Positions 1 through 7,699 of a stretch of 40,740 bases of DNA are shown here, one piece after another. The notes under the pieces are model-generated. The model was given only the letters and a program-made list of their open reading frames with translations, was not told the DNA's origin and ran no database searches. Source of the DNA: Actinomycetota bacterium. Its GTDB lineage: Bacteria > Actinomycetota > Acidimicrobiia > Acidimicrobiales > Microtrichaceae. The position numbers were made by a program, and so were the translations under genes. The stretch spans positions 1 through 40,740 of the forward strand of contig CANJEC010000001.1 of NCBI GenBank assembly GCA_947473395.1, read 5' to 3'. Numbering within the stretch: position 1 is the stretch's first letter; every line of letters begins with the position of its first letter.

Positions 1-1207
1 CGCTTCGTTCCAATACACCGGTGAGCACCTCGCTGAGCAGCTCCTCTGTGTCTGCAGCTGGAGCAGAACCCTCGGCCTCATCCCAGAAAAGACGCATCGC
101 ATCAAGTGGTTTCATGTCTCGAATACCTGGCGGTGCATCCTCTGGCGCATCGCTTAACCCTGCGGGCTGCAACTTGATCTCTACCACGTACGGATACACC
201 TCTCTCATGCGGTGCTTCGCATCGAGCACGGTTCCAGGGTCAGTGATGATCGCTCGAACAAACTTCTGCTGCGCCTCGATATGGCGGTCAGGTTGCAGGA
301 GTTCCTCAATCGATCCCGTCAGGGTGGTGACAGCCCTGCCAACCTCAACGGGCACTTCCGACACCGTGCAGGTGCCATCGGTTGCCATCTCAATCAGCGA
401 AACCGACTTCTCATGCTCTTCAGAGAACGAGTACGCGATCGGCGTTCCCGAGTAGCGAACCGTTGACCCGCCCACATCTTGAGGACGATGCAGATGCCCC
501 AGAGCGGTGTACGAGAACCCTTCGAACAGGACTCCGTTGACCTGACCGGTGCCGCCAACCTCAAGCTGACGTTCCGAGTCTGAAACTTGCCCACCAATAA
601 CGTATGCGTGTGAGATGGCAAGCGATCGGGGTGCAGACAGCGCCGGACGGGCCGCCGCGATTGCTGAAGCCAGCACCGATTCATGAGTTTGCCTGCGGCG
701 GCGTGCAAGGAACTCGCTAGCGAGGTCTCCCCCGTCGCTGCTACCAGCACCAACACCGGATTGCGTGGAACCGGCGAGTTCACCGAAGTCGTCAGGGGCT
801 GCTTGAGGGTGCAGGAACGGCAGCAACACCAAATCCAGAGGACCGTCTTTGAACTCGGCGTGGATCACTTCACCGACTCGGTCATAGCCGCCGCGCAAGT
901 GAAGGCCGCTCAGATCCAACAGATCCGAATACGCAGCCACACGAGAAGCCGCATCGTGATTGCCGGTAATCACGGCCAGCGTGGTTCCGGTACCCAGCAG
1001 TCGACGCACTGTGTCACGAAACAGGTCGATGGACTCAGTCGGAGCAATAGCGCGGTCGTAGACGTCTCCTGCGATCACCACTAGGTCACAAGATTCCGTC
1101 TTTACGAACTCAACAAACCAGGCGGCGAACGCTTCTTGATCGGTCGCCAACGAGACGTCGCCAAAGCTGCGGCCAAGGTGCCAGTCGCTTGTGTGTGCAA
1201 TCCTCAT
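1..1207 (-). CDS. sbcD: Exonuclease SbcCD subunit D (Mre11-like metallophosphoesterase); 3' end runs off the window
   Basis: Hand translation from ATG at 1207: MRIAHTSDWHLG...VVIAGDVYDR...ITGNHD...SHAYV...YTALGHLHRPQ...RYSGTPIAYSFSE. All SbcD motifs are present, with no stop before position 1, which is why it is absent from the ORF track. Confidence 0.93.
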   Translation of the reverse strand, partial: MRIAHTSDWHLGRSFGDVSLATDQEAFAAWFVEFVKTESCDLVVIAGDVYDRAIAPTESIDLFRDTVRRLLGTGTTLAVITGNHDAASRVAAYSDLLDLSGLHLRGGYDRVGEVIHAEFKDGPLDLVLLPFLHPQAAPDDFGELAGSTQSGVGAGSSDGGDLASEFLARRRRQTHESVLASAIAAARPALSAPRSLAISHAYVIGGQVSDSERQLEVGGTGQVNGVLFEGFSYTALGHLHRPQDVGGSTVRYSGTPIAYSFSEEHEKSVSLIEMATDGTCTVSEVPVEVGRAVTTLTGSIEELLQPDRHIEAQQKFVRAIITDPGTVLDAKHRMREVYPYVVEIKLQPAGLSDAPEDAPPGIRDMKPLDAMRLFWDEAEGSAPAADTEELLSEVLTGVLERS

Positions 1208-1504
1208 GAGCGATCACCGGCAAGGGCCGACCTGAAAGGTTCTGTGCCATTGGCGCCGCAATATTGTGTTCGAGAGATTCCGAGCTTCCTCATAGGACCG
1301 CACGCTACACAACACCTCAGACACTCTCCTGAGCTGGCCGTGAAGCCAGTCAGGTGGGCGTATCCGCTTCCAGTCGCCTCAACGAGAGATAAAGAGAACG
1401 CCCGCTCAACACGAGCCCAAGCGACTGTGAACCAGGTGGCTGTCAGTCGAGCCTGCACATTGGTCGACCTGATAAATGGAGAAGAGTGGTGCCTTCCGGC
1501 TTGA

Positions 1505-2941
1505 TCACAAACTCGTTGTTGGCGCTGCCATCAGTCCCTTTACGGCAGCTCGTCCCAGAAGTTCGGTGAGTTCACGCTCAAAGCCGGGAGAGACATCTCT
1601 GCATCCGGAAACAGCATGAGCTAGTTCGTGAAGGAGGGTCCCTGCGAACTGCTCAAGCGAACTAAGAATGTCGAGTCGAACCACGATCGCACCAGTTTCG
1701 CTATCCCAGATCCCAATGGCTTCTGTGAACGTGTTGACGTCACGCTGCATGTGCCTAGCGATTCGTACATCTCTGATGATCGGAGGCCGTCCGCCCACAA
1801 CTTTGAAGATGCGGTCGAGCTGATCCCATATCGACCGCTCGCTCGCGGATAAATCCTGAGGCTCGACCCACTCGAACTCGAAGTTGGCTTCCCTCTGACG
1901 GTGAAATTCGTCGAGGTCTCGTATCGGGTTCCCGGTGGCGTCCATAGTACCGGCGACTTTGGCGGTCAAATTGTCAGGAATGATGATGACGTCCCCCTCT
2001 GAGTCCCCCATCATGTATTCGAGGTTGCCACCATTTGTCCGGGCTTGGTCCGGTGTGATGACGATGACATCTTCACGGCTAGTGAGGTGTCGGATCGCGT
2101 GCTCAGCGATATCAAGCCACTTTGATTCATCATGACGAGTTCCAATTGCAAAATTCCGGACGTCGGCCACGAGTTGATCAATGACGGTCTCCGAGGAGCA
2201 TGCGAGCAGGATTGCCTTAACGCGATCTGTGTAGGCCGTTCGCCCGACATGGCTGCGTTCGCGGTTGAGAGCCTTCCGTAGAGCTGTCGTAACGCTGGTT
2301 ATGTTGTACGAGAAGAGGAAGTTGTCCTCTATAGCGACGCATAGTCCGTTGACATAGATGCGGCCGTCACCTCCCCCTGTGTCGAGGACTTGACCATGCG
2401 AGTTGCTTTCAATGACGGTGTCTCCATTGAACTTTAGGAACAGTCCCTTCGCCTCCTGTAGTTCTGCCTCACCGAGTCCAGGCCCACGAAGTACCACGTC
2501 GGTTCCTTGGAATGTCTCGTCGCTCGGAGGGGAAATCAGTGCATGAAGCGTGCTTACCCCCTCGAATCCGTGCTTTGGGCGTTCAGCCACACTGATCTCT
2601 GCGAATTGAGACCGAATCAAGACTTCAATGCCGTGACGGTGGAAAGTGGCTAGGGCGTCCTTGAGCCCAACTCCGAATTTGCCGATTACGACGTCGGGGT
2701 TGGCCATTTTCTCGTCGGACTCGTTTTGGGTGAGGTGGTCATAACGAATTCCGCGCCCCCAGTCACGCACGTGGAGTTCGCCGTTAGGTCCCCATGTGGT
2801 CTCGGGCACCGGCGTGTGGGTCAAAGCGTGTTCGTCGATGGCATTCGCGATTATCTCGCGCAATGCGTGAACAACTGTCCAGTTCTCAAGGACTTGCTCG
2901 ATGTTCAGGTCGAACTCTCCGCGCACAGTCACCCCCTTCAT
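1505..2941 (-). CDS. GHKL (HATPase_c-like) ATP-binding protein with C-terminal HEXXH zincin-like motif
   Basis: Bergerat-fold motifs REIIANAID, VRDWGRGI, IGKFGVGLK, GTDV; C-terminal GTLLHELAH. The start may be GTG at 2926 behind AAGGGGG. Confidence 0.8.
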   Translation of the reverse strand: MKGVTVRGEFDLNIEQVLENWTVVHALREIIANAIDEHALTHTPVPETTWGPNGELHVRDWGRGIRYDHLTQNESDEKMANPDVVIGKFGVGLKDALATFHRHGIEVLIRSQFAEISVAERPKHGFEGVSTLHALISPPSDETFQGTDVVLRGPGLGEAELQEAKGLFLKFNGDTVIESNSHGQVLDTGGGDGRIYVNGLCVAIEDNFLFSYNITSVTTALRKALNRERSHVGRTAYTDRVKAILLACSSETVIDQLVADVRNFAIGTRHDESKWLDIAEHAIRHLTSREDVIVITPDQARTNGGNLEYMMGDSEGDVIIIPDNLTAKVAGTMDATGNPIRDLDEFHRQREANFEFEWVEPQDLSASERSIWDQLDRIFKVVGGRPPIIRDVRIARHMQRDVNTFTEAIGIWDSETGAIVVRLDILSSLEQFAGTLLHELAHAVSGCRDVSPGFERELTELLGRAAVKGLMAAPTTSL

Positions 2942-3423
2942 GGTTCCCGGTCAACGCCACTCCCAGCGGACCTAGACGACGCTAGAACATACGCAGGGTA
3001 CTTGCGAGTCCTTTTGGATGAACCTGGAATCTCGAGGCGTATCGGAATTTGATCTGCCTATCGATGCAGAGGTCGGCTGGTTCGATAAGGATACGATCCG
3101 ACAGTCTCGCGGAGAAAAGCACAATCCGAGCACTGGATCGCTTAGAAGCTAATAGTGATCATGCTATCCCTGCTCTAGCGTCGCCCACCGGCCGATGTTC
3201 CTTGACCAATCCACCCCACATTGCTGATGACCAGTCGATGAAGTGATGATCGGGACCCTCCTCATCGACATACTTCGCTTCCCGTATCTCCAGGCGATGG
3301 CGGTAACCGATACGAGGAACTCTGCGACTCAGAAGTCCCCGGCACAAGACGCATCCGCAAGCGGTGTAGGTGGGCCAGCCAACCCGACCCAAGACTTGGC
3401 TGAGTACCTCAGGTCCGTCCCGA

Positions 3424-4827
3424 CTAGCAAGGCTCAGCTGGCGCAGTCACAACGTGCTCGTTTGGTGGCAGCACCATGCTCCCGTACTTGCCATTGGTGG
3501 TCACCGTGATCTGAATAGCCGGAACAAGTCCAGTGAGCGGCCGCAGAACCTTCTTAGGGCTCAAGATGCGCGCTCGAAAGATCTCAGCGCCAGCCCACTG
3601 AGCCACAATCTCATACGAGGCGAGAGTCTTACTGCCGCTAGGCCATCCGAGCGTCATGGAGTAGCCGGCACCCGGAGCCGGGCAAGCGAAAGCAACGGTG
3701 GCGGGGAGCGACACCGCGATCGCAGGGGCCGTAGTTGTGGTGGTAGAGGAAGTTCCACCCAACCTGTTCGGAAACTCGGCGAGCCAAGCGGTCGCTCTCG
3801 GCAGTCCAAAAATGAGAAAAGCCAGCAGGAGTGCAATGACCACAAGCGGTTGCACGGCGCCAGACTTTTTCTTGTTCTGCTTTCGGCCCTTCTTCGATGG
3901 TTTCGAGGATTTCGGGTTTGTTGGCCCCACCTGACGGGGGGACCCAAACCCTTGTTTCGCGTCACCACCGGTATTGCTTGGAATGCGCTTCGCCTTGCTT
4001 GCCACTCGAGAACCTGAGGTCCCAGTTGCCGGACGAGCCGCAGACCCGGCCCCCGAAGACTTGCCCCGAGGCTTACTGCCCGGTGCTGCATCACCCTGCC
4101 GCTTAGTTGGCTCAAGCAGTTCAGTGGCGAGTCGAGCCAGCCACTTCACTTTGTCTGCGCTGTGGATCGCTAGACCAGAGCACAGTGTTGGTACTAACGC
4201 ATCCAAGGTCACCGCATAGGCAGCACCAAGTTGGTTCACTTGCTCAGGCAACTCAGCCTCGGTGAAACATAGGATCGAGGCAACCGGCACGTCGAGATGT
4301 TCTGCGATTCGCCCGGAGATAAAGCTCAGCGTCTCAACCTCTTTGCGAATGGGGTACTTGCCCCGCCACAAGGTGCCATCGCCCGCTGTCAGTTTGCCGG
4401 TGTAGGCCTTGGAGTCAACAACAAAGACCCCGTTCGGGCCTATCACCAGATGATCAACGTTTGCTCGGGACCCAGGAACATGCAGATCGTGCAGCACCAC
4501 GAACTCTGCCGACAGTGTTAATAGCCGCTCCCCTGTGAGCCGCTCCCCGGCAGCACCCTTCGCCCAGTTCTCGGACTGCAGCCGGTACTCCTCCGCTTTT
4601 GCCGCGAGCCGGGCGGCTTCAGTCGCGGCCGAGGAACCTGCCCTTGACGAGTCATGCGGTGATCCGTTCGGCGCGACCGCGTCCCCAGGTGCTGCACCAG
4701 CTTCAGGAACCTCAGTAACGGGCTGAGCTTCCGCCGCTTGAGCCTGAGCGTCTGGATGTAGATGGGGCGCGTACCAGCGACCGTCAACTGCAAGCCACCA
4801 ACCCTCACCCCCGGACTGCTCCGACAT
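3424..4827 (-). CDS. NERD-domain (PD-(D/E)XK-like) protein with TM helix and C-terminal beta-rich domain
   Basis: GAAGERLT...VLHDLHVPGSRANVDHLVIGPNGVFVVDSK is the NERD signature. Also N-terminal WWLAVDGRWYAP motif, basic low-complexity linker, and hydrophobic VVIALLLAFLIFGL. Start placed at ATG 4827 behind GAGAGGGGG, not at 4974. Confidence 0.8.
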   Translation of the reverse strand: MSEQSGGEGWWLAVDGRWYAPHLHPDAQAQAAEAQPVTEVPEAGAAPGDAVAPNGSPHDSSRAGSSAATEAARLAAKAEEYRLQSENWAKGAAGERLTGERLLTLSAEFVVLHDLHVPGSRANVDHLVIGPNGVFVVDSKAYTGKLTAGDGTLWRGKYPIRKEVETLSFISGRIAEHLDVPVASILCFTEAELPEQVNQLGAAYAVTLDALVPTLCSGLAIHSADKVKWLARLATELLEPTKRQGDAAPGSKPRGKSSGAGSAARPATGTSGSRVASKAKRIPSNTGGDAKQGFGSPRQVGPTNPKSSKPSKKGRKQNKKKSGAVQPLVVIALLLAFLIFGLPRATAWLAEFPNRLGGTSSTTTTTAPAIAVSLPATVAFACPAPGAGYSMTLGWPSGSKTLASYEIVAQWAGAEIFRARILSPKKVLRPLTGLVPAIQITVTTNGKYGSMVLPPNEHVVTAPAEPC

Positions 4828-4989
4828 CAGACCCCCTCTCCCTGCGGGAACTCTACCCACACGGTCTGCCAAGCACGAGCAACACGCGCCAGCACTGAGC
4901 TTCACCGCATCCCACACCCTGCAGGCCTCACCCCGCAGACCTCCGCCCGCGCTACCCACAGCGACCACGATCAACTCACCCCCTGCCTC

Positions 4990-5034
4990 ATTGGCGCCGG
5001 TAAGCGACGGAATCCGTAGCTTACCGGCGCCAAT
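4990..5034. repeat. 45-bp near-perfect inverted repeat (hairpin)
   Basis: ATTGGCGCCGGTAAGC-G-ACGG-AAT-CCGT-A-GCTTACCGGCGCCAAT: perfect 16-bp arms plus an inner 4-bp stem. Confidence 0.9.
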
Positions 5035-5106
5035 AATTTAGGAGGTGCGGTCCGAAGTGCCGATTCAAGAGGTCAGGCCGCCGCAGATTCGTCGAGCAGG
5101 ATCAGC

Positions 5107-5451
5107 TCAGGCGACGAGGCCAAACAATACCCAGAACACGATCAGGAGGACTACCCCGACAAGCAGGAGTCCTAGCCCACCGGCGAGGAGGACGATCCCA
5201 ATCCAGTGCCGGGGGCTCAGCGGCATGCGCCCTGCATGCACGGCCGACGGTTGAAGCTGCCATTCTGACTCAGTTGGAGCACCGTCCACGTGCGAACCAG
5301 AGCGCCCCGTTGCAGTAAGCACCACTCCCAGCCCAATGAGCGCCAGACTAGCCAGCGTTAGCAGACCTTGTGGTGACATTCTGGCTCCCAAGCGCCTAGA
5401 CACTTCATCACCGGGACACGCTACTGACTCGCCGGCAGTCGGGTACTGCAA
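5107..5451 (-). CDS. Small hypothetical membrane protein (start uncertain, possibly MSPQG)
   Basis: Two hydrophobic segments (LLTLASLALIGLGVVL; WIGIVLLAGGLGLLLVGVVLLIVFWVLFGLV). Confidence 0.5.
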   Translation of the reverse strand: MQYPTAGESVACPGDEVSRRLGARMSPQGLLTLASLALIGLGVVLTATGRSGSHVDGAPTESEWQLQPSAVHAGRMPLSPRHWIGIVLLAGGLGLLLVGVVLLIVFWVLFGLVA

Positions 5452-5849
5452 ACGAAGTTGGAGGGTGCGAGTGTTGCCATTCCCAACGCTCTGCGCACTT
5501 GGTCAAGCGGGAACTGGCGGACGATGAATCCTTGAGGCTTGCATTGGCATTGTGAAACACGGAGCACGTTAGGAATCTAGGGATCAGGGATGGATCATTA
5601 CTTCTCGAACCGCTATTCGGCCCAGAACTTCATGGCCCGGACGTGGGGCATTTGTTTTTTGAGTCATTAGCTTCTCTGCGTTTCAGCTAAGACTGATTTT
5701 CGAGAGGCAGTTCGACCCCCTGTTCGCTACCTAGATGCTCGAGCGGCTTGCTGTGCTCACTCATCCAGATGGCAACGTCGAGGATCCGCCGCAGCGAGCT
5801 ATCGAAGAGAGACAGCTCGTAGCGGATCTCTCTCGGGCACGGATCAACC

Positions 5850-5878
5850 TTGACAGTGATGGGCTGATCGCCGATACT
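5850..5878 (+). promoter_or_regulatory. Sigma70-type promoter candidate for the zinc-ribbon gene
   Basis: TTGACA (5850-5855), 17-bp spacer, GATACT (5873-5878), about 50 bp upstream of ATG 5930. Confidence 0.5.
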
Positions 5879-5882
5879 GACA

Positions 5883-5909
5883 ACACACACACATACATAC
5901 ATACATACA
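5883..5909 (+). repeat. (AC)n/(ATAC)n simple-sequence tract
   Basis: ACACACACACATACATACATACATACA between the promoter candidate and the AAGGA RBS. Confidence 0.85.
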
Positions 5910-5929
5910 AGAAAAGGATACCAATAGCT

Positions 5930-6130
5930 ATGGCTGGCAAAATGTGCCCCGACTGCGGAAAACAGACGTTCTTTGAAACCCCTACTGGTCGACTGTGCTC
6001 TCAATGTGGCCACACGATGACACTCCCTGCCAACGGCGGCAAGGGTGGTCGAGGTAAACGGTGTTCCAACTGCCATGAGACCAAGGTCTTCAATGGGAAA
6101 TGTAGTGGGTGTGGCGCCAAGTATTCCTAG
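5930..6130 (+). CDS. 66-aa zinc-ribbon protein (four CxxC motifs)
   Basis: MAGKMCPDCGKQTF...CSQC...CSNC...CSGCGAKYS with RBS AAAAGGA upstream. The 131-aa ORF-track extension runs through the promoter and microsatellite. Confidence 0.75.
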   Translation: MAGKMCPDCGKQTFFETPTGRLCSQCGHTMTLPANGGKGGRGKRCSNCHETKVFNGKCSGCGAKYS

Positions 6131-6139
6131 ATGAAATTC

Positions 6140-6358
6140 TTGCCGATGAGTCGTGCCACCAGCGGTTCAGGTCACGGTTGTTGGGATCGATATACCAGCC
6201 AGCTGGATGTAGCTGGGGTTCGATCGGAGGCACGGCGAAAGTTGGCGGTGCCTAGGGCTGGCAAAAAGAGCCTTTCGCGCCCCGATCGCTTTGGCGTCGG
6301 CGTACACCAGAATCCCGCTCAGCAGTACTACGACCAACATCCAACCAAACAATGGCAC
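6140..6358 (-). pseudogene. Disrupted membrane protein with DUF2510-like motif
   Basis: Frame 1 gives a TM segment ending VYADAKAIGARK. A shifted frame, after a TAG, reads PQLHPAGWYIDPNNRDLNRWW, matching the actinobacterial PAGWYxDP...RWW (DUF2510) pattern. Confidence 0.5.
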
Positions 6359-6499
6359 GGGGGGCGTCTGCCCTGCTCCAACTCCCTGCTGAGCAAAATC
6401 TCAAATAGTACGATCCATCAAGCATCTCCCTCGAATCAGTCCCTGAGGACTACCTTCCCTCGGCCACTGTAGGTCGACGCAAGGGCAGGGCGCTCTACC

Positions 6500-7699
6500 T
6501 CACACAGCAACTGCTAGCGCAGCACTAACTCGACTCTCAATCCACCGAGCAAGAGTTTCCAACTCATTCTCAACTTCCTCGCTAGACCCTGTCATTGGCA
6601 ACCGGTAAGTCACGAGTCTCTTTCCACTATTTCGGACCACAAGCGGATGATCGGGCTTCTCATCAGTGTCTTGGCAATAGACGAGAACGCCCTCTTGCAG
6701 TTGCATTACCGTGGTGTAGGCAAGCAGTTGGTAGTAGTCGTTGATGCGAGCCTGCCCGCGAGACAGCTTGTACTTCGAGTCGCCTACGTAAACCGCCACT
6801 CCCGCTCGTTCCACCACGATGTCGGGCCGCATCGTGCGAGTGGCATTTTCGGCGAGAGGCACCGGCGGCTCTTCGCTAATGGCCAAACGGCCTCGAAGAT
6901 GCTGGCGAAGTCGATCCCCAACGAAGGCCTGAAAGACATCGTTCATATCGATGGTGAAAGAGGCAGCGATTTGGCCTCCTACTTGGTCTTGCAATGAGAG
7001 GTGGCGCAGGATCATCGATGCCAGGCGCACGGCTGTTTCGTAGTGGCTATCAAGACGGCCCGGCACCCAATTGTCTAGCGATTCAGGTTTGACCTCGGCG
7101 GTGGAGACCTCCTCAAACCGTTGACGGAGTCGAAGGAGTTGTTCACGAAGCACTGGCGATAATCCGGGCACTCGCGTGAGTCTGGTGAGTGCAGACAAGA
7201 GCCCCCGGTTCAGGATGATGTCAGCGGTGTGCTCATCGAATATGCAGGCCATTGGAATTGGTGTGGCTGGGTGCTTCATCTGCTCTGTGATGTCGATTCG
7301 CCCCCTAGGTGAGACGAGCCGCTCCTCCTTTGGCTGGTATCCACGCAGCACCCCCCGGACCGTGGCCCGGTCGGTCACTGCGGCAAATACGCCAGCCATA
7401 GCTGGAAGTAGCCCCGCCGAACGATCAAACCCAAACCTTCTCGCAGCGAATGCTGGTACCGACACGCCCAGCATAAGAAAGACATTCTCGAGTCCGACTC
7501 TCGGTCGAATCAGAAAGGATGCTGACGGGGTGACGACTGCTCCGACAATTGATCCGGCTGTGAGTTTGTAGTTGCCCCCGCCCAGAGCCCGAACTGCGAT
7601 TGCCTGGGCAACATCCGCTGCAAGCAGACTTTCGAGTTGCATCTCGGACAGTTCGAGTTCAACGGATTCGTACTCAGAAAGCTGATGAATCTGGTGCAT
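6500..7699 (-). CDS. mcrC: McrC-family restriction endonuclease subunit
   Basis: McrC-like N-terminus (GSIVGAV...LIRPR; RGRIDI), IDMNDVFQAFV, RPDIV...VGDSKYK, DYYQLLAY. 1-bp overlap with the upstream mcrB. Confidence 0.9.
   Translation of the reverse strand: MHQIHQLSEYESVELELSEMQLESLLAADVAQAIAVRALGGGNYKLTAGSIVGAVVTPSASFLIRPRVGLENVFLMLGVSVPAFAARRFGFDRSAGLLPAMAGVFAAVTDRATVRGVLRGYQPKEERLVSPRGRIDITEQMKHPATPIPMACIFDEHTADIILNRGLLSALTRLTRVPGLSPVLREQLLRLRQRFEEVSTAEVKPESLDNWVPGRLDSHYETAVRLASMILRHLSLQDQVGGQIAASFTIDMNDVFQAFVGDRLRQHLRGRLAISEEPPVPLAENATRTMRPDIVVERAGVAVYVGDSKYKLSRGQARINDYYQLLAYTTVMQLQEGVLVYCQDTDEKPDHPLVVRNSGKRLVTYRLPMTGSSEEVENELETLARWIESRVSAALAVAV

Noticed and set aside
21-1504. ORF-track calls at 21-455, 394-783, 683-1084, 1136-1504, 1204-1458
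   Set aside because: The first three lie inside the clear sbcD frame; the last two only touch its start and have no recognisable motifs or RBS.
3049-3420. Small ORFs between the GHKL-HEXXH and NERD genes
   Set aside because: Short, mutually overlapping, with no motif or convincing RBS.
5632-5660. Weak hairpin followed by a T-run
   Set aside because: The stem is short and mismatched, and no plus-strand gene ends just upstream.
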